From positions 186,001 to 250,000 of the IMG/VR virus record IMGVR_UViG_3300029893_000001: 64,000 bases of DNA. One strand, given 5' to 3'. The notes below the pieces were generated by a model. The model was not told where the DNA came from. It did no database searches and was given only the letters and a program-made list of their open reading frames with translations. Positions 1-8,987 of the stretch are shown piece by piece; positions within the stretch are counted from its first letter, which is position 1, and every line of letters begins with the position of its first letter. The position numbers and the translations under genes were made by a program.

Positions 1-1412
1 GCAAGCTGATCCGGATCCACGGCAAAACCGTTCATTGACATCTTGGTCAAGAGCGGAGAAATCCGGCCATACCACCGAAGTGCGAACCGAAGAGCGCCAT
101 CGTAGCCCTGTCGCTCTAACCAACGCCTGTAGAAGTAAAACAAGCGGAAGGTGATGTAAGCATCAGTTCCACCGTATTCAGCCAAACGGTCGAGAGACAG
201 CTCCCAAAGACTGCCTCCGTTCGCGCCGTGGCGGGCCGCCATGGCATCAGAAAGCTCTGTATCATAGAGATAGAACCCTAAGTGCTCTCGGGCCAAATCC
301 TTGAGACGAAAAGCATTGAAGTCCTTCTTGCCCTTAGAGCCGTCGTCCTCGCCGGCCTGGTTCTCATCCTGCAGGTACGCCAAGAACTGAGTGTCAATGA
401 CAGGCTTTCCGAATGTCTTGACTCGCAGAAATTTCAGAGCAATTGATATATCGAACTGAGAGTTGTGCGCGATCCAAAAAGGGAACTTAGATGCCCTGGA
501 GGAGAACAGCTTGAACAGCGCCTTCTTGACGTGCCTCTTCTCTTCTTTGGTAGTCCACGGAGCACCCCAGTGGTCTACGGGAAAAACGTAAGCAAGATCA
601 GAATCTGCCGAAAGCTGCAGAGTGGCGATTTTGTTCTTTGCCACCCTATTCAAGTTTCTGGTTTCAAAGTCGAACGCAACCGGATGTGTGCACTCGTTCA
701 TGAAATAGTTGACTGCTTTGTCAACCTTCTCCAGAGTATCACATACGACTACGCGACCCTTACGAGACCACTTCGTCTCCTCTCCCGTTAAAAGCCTGTG
801 GACGGACTTGATATGGCGAAAGAATCTCCGCTTCTCAGGGCCGTTGTTCGATCGGAGGTAGGCACCGTTGTTCGATCGGAGGTAGGCAGAAGGATGGACC
901 GTAGCAAGATGAATTCGACCGTTTTTCTCGTAAATCTGGCCCTTGATGGAGCCGATCTTCTTGCCCTTCCATTCAGGGTTGGTAGAAAGCGCCTGAACGG
1001 CTTGATTTCCAACAAAAACTACAATCTTAGGATTGAGTTGCTCAATGTCTTTCTTTATGTAATTCGAGCAGGCTGCCACCTCTTCAATTGTTGGTGGTCG
1101 ATTATTGCCGCTGTCATCCACGGGCCGACAACGAACGGTATTGCCAATAGCATAGGAGTCTGAAACTCCAGCCTTAGAGAGCGCAGCTCGTAGCTCCGCA
1201 CCCGACTCGCCAGCAAAAGGGTAGCCAACTTGGTCTTCTGTTCGTCCTGGAGCCTCCCCTACGAACAGGATATCGACTTTGGGTGTCTCACCGTCTTCGC
1301 CGACGTCGTTGTAGACGACATCAGTAGGCACGTAAGTAGTACGGTGGCGTTTATCGCGGAAGAGGGGACAGCCTTGGCAGAAGTCCTGCTCTTGACGTAG
1401 CAGAGCACGCAT
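1..1412 (-). CDS. polA: Family A DNA polymerase with N-terminal family-4 uracil-DNA glycosylase and 3'-5' exonuclease domains (partial, runs off window start)
   Basis: Translated by hand; open from ATG 1412 to base 1. UDG-4 motifs FCQGC, LFVGEAPG, GNTVRCRP, AACS, HPSAYLR; Exo I AFDFET, Exo II AHNSQFD, Exo III YGGTDA; then MSMNGFAVD, matching the PolA 'ME.NG..VD' start of the polymerase domain. Confidence 0.93.
   Translation of the reverse strand, partial: MRALLRQEQDFCQGCPLFRDKRHRTTYVPTDVVYNDVGEDGETPKVDILFVGEAPGRTEDQVGYPFAGESGAELRAALSKAGVSDSYAIGNTVRCRPVDDSGNNRPPTIEEVAACSNYIKKDIEQLNPKIVVFVGNQAVQALSTNPEWKGKKIGSIKGQIYEKNGRIHLATVHPSAYLRSNNGAYLRSNNGPEKRRFFRHIKSVHRLLTGEETKWSRKGRVVVCDTLEKVDKAVNYFMNECTHPVAFDFETRNLNRVAKNKIATLQLSADSDLAYVFPVDHWGAPWTTKEEKRHVKKALFKLFSSRASKFPFWIAHNSQFDISIALKFLRVKTFGKPVIDTQFLAYLQDENQAGEDDGSKGKKDFNAFRLKDLAREHLGFYLYDTELSDAMAARHGANGGSLWELSLDRLAEYGGTDAYITFRLFYFYRRWLERQGYDGALRFALRWYGRISPLLTKMSMNGFAVDPDQL
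841..888. repeat. Perfect 24-bp tandem duplication inside the UDG domain
   Basis: ccgttgttcgatcggaggtaggca at 841-864 and 865-888; in frame, encodes AYLRSNNG twice. Confidence 0.97.
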
Positions 1413-1430
1413 CGCGTGACCTTTACATGG

Positions 1431-1796
1431 TCAGAATCCGCGCAATATTTCGCGAAGGAAGCCAAGCTTTATGTTCGACGAAGGTAATGCGGCCTGAAAT
1501 CGAGCCCGCGTTGCCGGCGACAAGAAGATACTCATTAACTTCGTGTTTGCAGCAACAATTGCCTGAGAAAAAGGCCCGCGACAACCAGAGCTGGAGAGAA
1601 GCGACACTACAGGAATATCCGAGCTACGAGGGGCTGTTAGGTACAGCCTACCGTCAGGGCTCACTCGAATAGTAAGGTTATTCCCGTCCGCTTCCACGTT
1701 CGCGCAAAGCGAGCGCGATGCAGTTGTTGTCACAACAGGTTCAACGAAGGCCTTTGGAGAGGCCTTGCGGACTCCCCCACGGCACCCACAACCCAT
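1431..1796 (-). CDS. Hypothetical protein (MGCGC N-terminus)
   Basis: 121-aa ORF with GAGGT RBS; fits the minus-strand gene tiling. Confidence 0.7.
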   Translation of the reverse strand: MGCGCRGGVRKASPKAFVEPVVTTTASRSLCANVEADGNNLTIRVSPDGRLYLTAPRSSDIPVVSLLSSSGCRGPFSQAIVAANTKLMSIFLSPATRARFQAALPSSNIKLGFLREILRGF

Positions 1797-1805
1797 ACTT
1801 ACCTC

Positions 1806-4800
1806 TCAATTTGAGTTGTAGACGAATTGCGTCAGCTCTCTATACTCTGGGTATTTACGGAGTAGCTGTGCCATTCGGACCATGGCCGTGATTTCTTCCT
1901 TAGGGAAGACCTTCTCAATTTCAGCATCAGTAAACCCGACGTCCCGCAGCATCGAAATGTACTCATCAGGATTTCCAATCGTGTACCACGTGTACACGAT
2001 GCGAGAAAAGTCGTCCAGGCGCGATTTTGCTTGAGCACGCGTCTCTCCCAAGAAGAGCCAGCGTAAACTGGAATCCTTTCTTTGGAAACCCGAGCCCTGC
2101 AAAATCTGAATTGCCTGGTCCATCAGGCCTGGTGCCATGAACGCAGAAGTATCGCGGATCATGAAGGCAGGCGACGTAATCAACTTACCGGCACGTATCC
2201 GACCCACAATTGAAACACTGAGCTGAACCGGAATTCCGACGGGGCTGGGAGAAATGTCCAGACCAGGAATTTCAGAACTTTCCTCTTCGGCCGCCGGAGC
2301 GACCGCGGCCGGACTTTCTACAGCGGAGGAAAGCTGGTCCTGGAGAATCTTTTTGTTCTGAGTGAAAATGGTGAATCGCTTTGTCTGACGATAGAAGTTC
2401 TTCAGGTCAATCGTCTGTGGGTTAAGATTGAATAGGCCGAGCACCTTCGCCGCAGCAAGAACATGTAAGTCAGACACATCCTTATCGTTGAACAGATCTC
2501 GCGCGGCACGCGTGAGAAGGTCCCGAGCAGCCTTCAGGTTGTCCTGAGATGGGTTGTAAGCGAGAATCTGTTTACTAGTAGGGTCTCCGGGACGGAAGTT
2601 GGGCATCTCCGTGGCCAACACAGTAACAGCAGCAGTACGAACCAACTTCTGGTAGTCAATCCTAGACTGGGGAAATGCCGGGTCAATCGGCACTTTCCCC
2701 ATGATCTTTGCGTAAAGCTCCTGCTGATTGACTACGTGAATACCCTTCTCACGAAGGGCAGCGAGCACCTCAAACGCCTCTTTGGGAGTCCGGAAAGACT
2801 TCATCATCACTCCTTCCGTTTCCATCTTCTCGAAGCTCTCTAGAATGAACTTCATCCCACTGATGTACTCCATCGTAAGCCAATACCCTCCGTTGAAGTA
2901 CACGAGCTTTGGATTGATCACACCCTTCTTCATTCTATCGGGTTTGACGGTCCAAGGGCCACGATTCACGTCAGACTCCACGTATGGAGTCTCAATCTTC
3001 TCGGACCCAGGCATTTCCTCCCCCGTAGCAAGTGTTCTCGTATCGGTGCCGAACACACTAGGGGCTACACGAGCCTCTTCCTTCTCGTAATCCCGCATCT
3101 CCTTGAAAGCATCAATATGTCGTTGAACAGCAGAGAATGTGTTGAAACTCTGCATGTTCTCAAGACTCATGCCCACCAAGCGGAACCGTGCTCCAGAGGT
3201 GTACCCGGAGATGAACTGACGAACAGCGTGCATCTTCGAGACCATGCGAGCAAACTTTGTCAGCTCCGCAGTACCTTCACAGAAAATCAGCTCGATGTAA
3301 ACTGTCGAATAGCGAGGCGCGTCAGGATCTTTCGGGGGCAAACGATACGCACGAGCAATAGACTGCTCGTAATTGCCAGGATTCCAGGGGAGATCCACAC
3401 GAATGATCCGATTTGCCATCTGCAGATTCTGGCCTTCCTGGATAGACTGCTCTACAGCAACAAGGATTTGAACACCAGGATCTTTCTTAAACCTGGATAG
3501 GTTCTTCGTCTCGTCTCTGTCGTAGTAAACAGCACGATCCGACATCTGAATGGACTCGGCAATGTGCCGGGCAACTTCCTTGTAGTGAGTGAAGATGATT
3601 ACCTTTCCGTTGTTAGGATCGGCGAAGTGCTTAGCAAGAATCTGGTCAATCACTCTAATCTTGGGGCTCTTCCGATCTTCTTCTTCAACAAGGAAATGCT
3701 GGCCAAATTCATCGCCAGGGGGATAGTTGAGGAACTTGTCTACGGCAATGAATTTGGTAAGGAGAGGCTTGAAATCTTCGACATCAGGAGCGTCATCCAG
3801 CTCTCCTTGCAAAGCTTCGTACTTTTCCCAGTGCTCGCGAAGGCGCCTTTGGGCCAACTTGAAGGCCTCCATCCGCTCCTTATCCGTAACTGGACCTCCT
3901 TTGGAACGCTCCTTCCAGATGGACTTTAGGGCCTCTTCCTCCTGCTTTACTTCTTCAAGGTCATACTCAACGTCAACGAACTCGCCACTTTGGTCATCGT
4001 ACTCTGTAATCGTAGCCGATGAAGGCTTCTGCCACTTGGAAATCTTATCCCGCGCAAGTGGGTTGCTGGCGTACTGGTCACGCATGGCCCGCTGAAGCTC
4101 CAAGCCAATCGTTCCTGGCTCCAGCTCTCCCAACAACTCTTCGCGAATGATGCGGTCCATCAAACGCTCGTATACAACCCGCTGAGGTCCAGACAGCGTC
4201 GCTTTATGGTAGTTGACCTGCATGTCTGGAAGTTCATTAAGCCAAGCGCTGCGCCGGATGGATACCCCGACTCGACGACTTACGATCTCACGAATCTGCT
4301 TAATCGCCCCAGGCTTGAATTCTTCAACCTTCTTTGATCTAGTTGTACTGAGTGCGAACTTATCGAGGAACTGCTTCCGAGAACCTAGCACCGATGGGTC
4401 TAGGAAGGACATCTGAAGGAAGATGTCATCAGGGCTTCCAGGGGTAATTGTGCCAGAGTAACAACGCTTGTATGGAACAAGCGAAGCCATCTGAAGAATG
4501 GCCTCAGCCTGTCCGGACGCCTTACCACTCGCATTAATGCGAACTTTGTGGGATTCGTCTAACACAAGCATGTCAACACCGACACGCGTAGTAAGCCAAC
4601 TCGGATGCCTGTAGCGAGTCCCGGAAGCGGTCTTTACGTTATCCTCCTGACCGCCACGAAGCCACTCATAGCTCGTCAGCAAAATGGTATTTTTAGGTGC
4701 CTCACGAATCATCTTCGTAAGAGCCATTAAGCCAGCCGACTTGCTTCCCTCTCCAGGCAGACCCTTACGCACACCGCGCTGAAGCCTGGGGGCCTCCGGA

Positions 4801-6014
4801 TCCATCTGCTTGACGGTTTGAGTGTTGATCACGATGAAGTTGATGGTCCCCTGCGTCCACTCCTCCAACTCCGCCTTCTGATCACTGAGAAGAGCGTTAG
4901 GCATTATGATACAGGGCCGACTTACCAACCCCCGATTCATCTTGTCAAGGATGTCAGCAAGAAGCATCAAGGTCTTACCGGCGCCAGGATCGGCGTCAAC
5001 CATAGCTACCTTGCGATCCTTCAAAAAAGCAAGAGCATATGATTGATGGGGCAAGAAACGGGTGTCTGGCTTAACATGTGGGACTTCGGGTGCATCCTCC
5101 GGATTCACAGACAAAGCCTTGTCTTCCTCCGAAATGAGCTGCTTGAAGAAGTCGCTATGCTTATCTGCGAACATGACAGCAGTGATGAGCTGCGCGTAGT
5201 ATTCGCCAAGCATGTCATTCTTAACAGATGCTGTTCCTGCCTTGAACTTAGACTCAAGCTTGCGCAGCTCAGAGTGGATGTACTCCCTAAACTCCGCATT
5301 CTTGGAATACATGAACAGAGGAATTCCTCCGTCACGTTCGAAGTCCACATTGGACATCGCCTTCAGACGCTCGCGTCTGGAATCTGCTTCGTGAGAGTTA
5401 TCCTTGGGATCCACATAGAACAAAGCCTCAAGTCGAGAAGCATTCCATGTTTGTCTGAGACCTGACGGTGTTTTGAAGTGGTCTTTGACTGGGATCTTGG
5501 TATCGAGAATAGAAAGGATCAAATTTCGATTCTCTGATAGCTCTACCAGATGACCGAGCTGAACAGAATCAATCATTCCTGTCTTGTCCACGAAATAGAC
5601 AAGACCATGAGCAGGATCAGAGTAGATGATTTGGTTTCTGATCGCCCTCTCCTGCATCACAGAATCAATCTGACGCAGTTCCTCACCGGTGTCGGGGTCT
5701 GTCTTCGTCCCCAACGGAAACGTCTTTTTGGTCCTGGGGTTGACCATCGCATCGCTTGGAGGCGGGGGAACAGGGACCTTGATCTTCAAATTGGAGTAAT
5801 CGTACTCCGCAGGTATAGGCAACGCCTCTTCTTTCTCGCGCCGCTTCTGGTCTTTCATCTCGACAATTCGCTCTTGAAGCGACTGAGGATCGAGAGAAAG
5901 CTGATTCAGCACGTCCACATGAGGAACGTACACAACAGACCCGTACGCAGCCTGAAATAGGTTTTCAGACTTGTAACGGTCTTTCACGTTTGCCGCCTTC
6001 TGTACTGGCATCAC
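1806..6014 (-). CDS. Large SNF2-family (SF2) helicase/ATPase
   Basis: Q motif PHQ, Walker A DADPGAGKT, LDESH, SGT, and EGQNLQMANRIIRVDLPWNPGNYEQSIARAYR (motifs V/VI); long N- and C-terminal extensions. Confidence 0.92.
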   Translation of the reverse strand: MMPVQKAANVKDRYKSENLFQAAYGSVVYVPHVDVLNQLSLDPQSLQERIVEMKDQKRREKEEALPIPAEYDYSNLKIKVPVPPPPSDAMVNPRTKKTFPLGTKTDPDTGEELRQIDSVMQERAIRNQIIYSDPAHGLVYFVDKTGMIDSVQLGHLVELSENRNLILSILDTKIPVKDHFKTPSGLRQTWNASRLEALFYVDPKDNSHEADSRRERLKAMSNVDFERDGGIPLFMYSKNAEFREYIHSELRKLESKFKAGTASVKNDMLGEYYAQLITAVMFADKHSDFFKQLISEEDKALSVNPEDAPEVPHVKPDTRFLPHQSYALAFLKDRKVAMVDADPGAGKTLMLLADILDKMNRGLVSRPCIIMPNALLSDQKAELEEWTQGTINFIVINTQTVKQMDPEAPRLQRGVRKGLPGEGSKSAGLMALTKMIREAPKNTILLTSYEWLRGGQEDNVKTASGTRYRHPSWLTTRVGVDMLVLDESHKVRINASGKASGQAEAILQMASLVPYKRCYSGTITPGSPDDIFLQMSFLDPSVLGSRKQFLDKFALSTTRSKKVEEFKPGAIKQIREIVSRRVGVSIRRSAWLNELPDMQVNYHKATLSGPQRVVYERLMDRIIREELLGELEPGTIGLELQRAMRDQYASNPLARDKISKWQKPSSATITEYDDQSGEFVDVEYDLEEVKQEEEALKSIWKERSKGGPVTDKERMEAFKLAQRRLREHWEKYEALQGELDDAPDVEDFKPLLTKFIAVDKFLNYPPGDEFGQHFLVEEEDRKSPKIRVIDQILAKHFADPNNGKVIIFTHYKEVARHIAESIQMSDRAVYYDRDETKNLSRFKKDPGVQILVAVEQSIQEGQNLQMANRIIRVDLPWNPGNYEQSIARAYRLPPKDPDAPRYSTVYIELIFCEGTAELTKFARMVSKMHAVRQFISGYTSGARFRLVGMSLENMQSFNTFSAVQRHIDAFKEMRDYEKEEARVAPSVFGTDTRTLATGEEMPGSEKIETPYVESDVNRGPWTVKPDRMKKGVINPKLVYFNGGYWLTMEYISGMKFILESFEKMETEGVMMKSFRTPKEAFEVLAALREKGIHVVNQQELYAKIMGKVPIDPAFPQSRIDYQKLVRTAAVTVLATEMPNFRPGDPTSKQILAYNPSQDNLKAARDLLTRAARDLFNDKDVSDLHVLAAAKVLGLFNLNPQTIDLKNFYRQTKRFTIFTQNKKILQDQLSSAVESPAAVAPAAEEESSEIPGLDISPSPVGIPVQLSVSIVGRIRAGKLITSPAFMIRDTSAFMAPGLMDQAIQILQGSGFQRKDSSLRWLFLGETRAQAKSRLDDFSRIVYTWYTIGNPDEYISMLRDVGFTDAEIEKVFPKEEITAMVRMAQLLRKYPEYRELTQFVYNSN

Positions 6015-6325
6015 TCCATCCCTCTGGAGTCGAAGACCTTATCCGGGTACTCAGGGTCTTTTGCGACCTTCTCCCATAACCGAAAAGCGTCAGAATCCTT
6101 TAGTTCTGGAGCCAACTTCTTTGCAAGGGAAAGGAGCATCTTGCAAAGCTCCTTACGTCGATCTGGCTCTAAACGATAGAGCTTCACGAGACGCCAGTTG
6201 TACTGTGCGTAGTAGACCTCGTCCACAGTAACCTGGTCTTCCCTTGAGCCTGCTCTCAAAGTGATAAGGTCCACCACAGGTCGTTGGGGAACATCAAGGT
6301 CATCTACGGCGTCGAAAGCTGCCAC
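6011..6325 (-). CDS. Hypothetical protein
   Basis: 104-aa ORF; stop overlaps the SNF2 start. Confidence 0.65.
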   Translation of the reverse strand: MAAFDAVDDLDVPQRPVVDLITLRAGSREDQVTVDEVYYAQYNWRLVKLYRLEPDRRKELCKMLLSLAKKLAPELKDSDAFRLWEKVAKDPEYPDKVFDSRGME

Positions 6326-6328
6326 GAA

Positions 6329-6952
6329 TTAGCCCCGTGAGAAAGAATAACCATCAGACTTCAAAGCTTCCCGAAGTTTCTTGGTCAGTCGAACGATTTT
6401 GTGACGTCCTGTATGACCGTCCTCCTTGAGCTGGTCAAGAAGCTCAGATACCAGATGCTCGGATTCATTTCTGTACCCGTGACCGGCTCGGGCTACACGA
6501 TCCAAGCGTGAAAGGTTTCTTACGGTACGATGTACACGCGCCAGTCGAAGCTTCAGATCCTCACGCATAGCAACTCTCCGAACGAGGTCTTGAAGTTCTG
6601 GGATTCGCCGCAGGCCAGGATAAGCAGGGTTTACATCGGGAGAACGAGCAGGACCATCATGATGGCGTCGTGCCTTACTCGGGTAGAAACCGTATTCATC
6701 AGTATTTTGGGAAGGGGTCCGAGGGGTCCTCTTCACATACTGTGACCCGGAGCTTAGAGGGTCCTCCCATGGAACAAATGCTTGGCCAGACAGTTTCTCC
6801 TTTAGAACCTCCTCATCTGGGTGAAGAACAATCCGCACCTCATAGCTATCATCAGACTTCAAATGAACCAATTTAGGATAGCTCTGAAAGCCATTCCTCT
6901 CCAGCTTGCTGCTTAGGGACTCCCTAAGTTTTTCTGCCGCTTCATGGTTCAT
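6329..6952 (-). CDS. Hypothetical charged protein
   Basis: 207-aa ORF, ATGA-coupled to the upstream gene. Confidence 0.65.
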   Translation of the reverse strand: MNHEAAEKLRESLSSKLERNGFQSYPKLVHLKSDDSYEVRIVLHPDEEVLKEKLSGQAFVPWEDPLSSGSQYVKRTPRTPSQNTDEYGFYPSKARRHHDGPARSPDVNPAYPGLRRIPELQDLVRRVAMREDLKLRLARVHRTVRNLSRLDRVARAGHGYRNESEHLVSELLDQLKEDGHTGRHKIVRLTKKLREALKSDGYSFSRG

Positions 6953-7233
6953 GAAATCTTCAAAGACCCACCAACAGTGATCGGAAGCCGAATGTTGACT
7001 CCCCCGGCGGAAGCCGCCTCACCTGAGGCGGATACTGACTGCTGTTGTGGCTTAACCTCAACAAAGCCCAGAGTCCCCTCAACCTTAATCAATACAGCGT
7101 TGACCTCGTAAGTGGATCTTGGGGCCAAAATAGCCCCAGGCTTTCCAGCCATAGGTGCCTCTACAAAACGAACCGCGTCGCCAGGCTTAGCTCCACTGAA
7201 GCCTATTACACCGTACTTGAATACCTTTCTCAT
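6949..7233 (-). CDS. Hypothetical protein
   Basis: 94-aa ORF with ATGA overlaps on both sides. Confidence 0.65.
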   Translation of the reverse strand: MRKVFKYGVIGFSGAKPGDAVRFVEAPMAGKPGAILAPRSTYEVNAVLIKVEGTLGFVEVKPQQQSVSASGEAASAGGVNIRLPITVGGSLKIS

Positions 7234-7577
7234 GCCAACACCTGTTGCAGCCGAGAAAGGCGCTCTACCTGCTTAACCTTACGAGCAGCAGAGAGAAGAC
7301 GAGAGTACAAACGAACCATGGCAGCTCTAGATTTTTCGAACTTCTCAACTGCCGCATCGAACAGGGGCCTAAGTACCGGCTCAACACGGTCTAGGTATCC
7401 GCCTTCATATGCAATCTTATAGAGCATGCGGCAGCCAATCGTCACCCCTCTCCAATCACCCTTCTCGAAGAGGCTTTTAACGCCAGCAAGCTGTGCCATG
7501 AATCTCTTGTCACCCGCCTCTTGGGCGACCTTTCCCATGGCAACAAATGGATCGTTGGCGTCGGCCTTTCTCTTCAT
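7230..7577 (-). CDS. Hypothetical protein
   Basis: 115-aa ORF in tiled series, GAGGA RBS. Confidence 0.65.
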   Translation of the reverse strand: MKRKADANDPFVAMGKVAQEAGDKRFMAQLAGVKSLFEKGDWRGVTIGCRMLYKIAYEGGYLDRVEPVLRPLFDAAVEKFEKSRAAMVRLYSRLLSAARKVKQVERLSRLQQVLA

Positions 7578-7578
7578 G

Positions 7579-8067
7579 TTAGTCCTCTTCGTCTAGAAGT
7601 GCAGCAGTGCTTGGAAAAGGAGTCCCGGCCGGAGGTTCCTGTAGAGGTAAAGCGTCAAGTTGGACAATCACGCAGTATGCACCCCGTTCCTCCGCCATGA
7701 TTCTCTTATGAGTTAACGGAAGAATCCAATTCGTATCCCGCTTCCTGGGAATCACCAGCAGACGACCGTTCACAAGCTTCTCGTCATACCACCCTGGAAT
7801 TAGATGTAGAATGGATTGATCGTCTACCTTTTGAACCGGCTCAACAATGAAGCAGCCGCGGTTCTTTCCTGAACTGATTTCTTTGACAATACGGCACTTC
7901 CACAGCTCACCGTGCTTTGGCATCAATTCTGGATGCTTTTGCCGATAATGCCGCGAAACCACAGCAATCTTCAGAAGGGTACGGCTGATAACTTCATTCT
8001 CGTTATCACTGCTACCCTTTTTGTCTTTGTAGTTTGTGTTCTCGAAGAACTTCAGAATGCAAAGCAC
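7579..8067 (-). CDS. Hypothetical protein
   Basis: 162-aa ORF, GTG start with GGAG RBS. Confidence 0.65.
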   Translation of the reverse strand: MLCILKFFENTNYKDKKGSSDNENEVISRTLLKIAVVSRHYRQKHPELMPKHGELWKCRIVKEISSGKNRGCFIVEPVQKVDDQSILHLIPGWYDEKLVNGRLLVIPRKRDTNWILPLTHKRIMAEERGAYCVIVQLDALPLQEPPAGTPFPSTAALLDEED

Positions 8068-8081
8068 GGTGAGTTACTCCA

Positions 8082-8987
8082 TTAAGGCAGGGGATCGTAA
8101 TTGATTGTGAGGGACTGTAGATCTACGGAATCCAACGATGGAGTCCGAAATGTAAGTTCTAGCGTGTAGATATCGCCCCTCGTAAATACGCCAGAACTTG
8201 GGTCTACACTAACTGTAAGGTCCGAAAATGTGGCAACGGGGGATAACGTCGATCCTGTAAGCGTCACAGCGTTACCATCCGTATCTCGCATCGAGACCAA
8301 CATCTGAGAATTTGGGTCGATGATTGCTCTAACGACCAAATTCACAGGACGAAATTCCCCTGCTATCACCGGGACCACAACAGTAGTTGTTTCAAATCCG
8401 GGCGGAGCTGGTCCTAAGCCACCGGTCTCAATGCGAGTGAAGGCGTTCGGGGCAGCCCAAACCTCAGTAAGCGTAGTGTTTGGTCCCGTTACTGAACTTA
8501 TCCACTTGTAAGTAAAAGGGGGGAGAAAAGTTGTGGGGACGAGATGCGGGCTGTCTTCAGCCTGAGCTAAAACCTTTCTCGCCTGGGTGATGAAGTGGTC
8601 CGCCAAAGCGACCGCACCTCCAGGATACCGGATCCAGGCGAGAGGAACTCCATTAGAAATGGCAGCTTGCGTGAGAAGACCTACCTCTACACTGTAGAGG
8701 GCAGCCTGACCTCCCATAACATCAGCGTCTGTATGACGAACTACAACTGTGTAGTTCGTAGCAGTCGCAGGGAGGGGTGAAATTGTGAGTTCAATTGCAG
8801 TCGACTCACCTACAACAATTCCGTTTGGTAACAACACCCATCCTGGACTGAGCTGAAACGTGTCCGTGTCAGTGAGGGTAATGTCGTATCCGATATACAC
8901 ACCCGGCTCATGAAGCGCGGCAGCCGAGGTAATAGCCCGCTCAGAGGTGAACGTGTCGCCGAAGTTCCAGATACGCCTCTGTGTCAT
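8082..8987 (-). CDS. Putative tail/baseplate structural protein
   Basis: T/V/P-rich, beta-type composition; N-terminal 'FQLSPGWVLLPNG' segment resembles neighbouring fibre-attachment domains. Start moved to the ATGA overlap at 8987. Confidence 0.6.
   Translation of the reverse strand: MTQRRIWNFGDTFTSERAITSAAALHEPGVYIGYDITLTDTDTFQLSPGWVLLPNGIVVGESTAIELTISPLPATATNYTVVVRHTDADVMGGQAALYSVEVGLLTQAAISNGVPLAWIRYPGGAVALADHFITQARKVLAQAEDSPHLVPTTFLPPFTYKWISSVTGPNTTLTEVWAAPNAFTRIETGGLGPAPPGFETTTVVVPVIAGEFRPVNLVVRAIIDPNSQMLVSMRDTDGNAVTLTGSTLSPVATFSDLTVSVDPSSGVFTRGDIYTLELTFRTPSLDSVDLQSLTINYDPLP

Noticed and set aside
841-888. 24-bp direct repeat as a CRISPR array or att site
   Set aside because: Two abutting copies with no spacer, inside a coding frame; no cas or integrase genes.
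465-1465. Apparent gene-poor region or pseudogene at the window start
   Set aside because: One uninterrupted minus-strand frame (1412 to 1) encodes UDG-PolA; the track missed it because it has no stop within the window.
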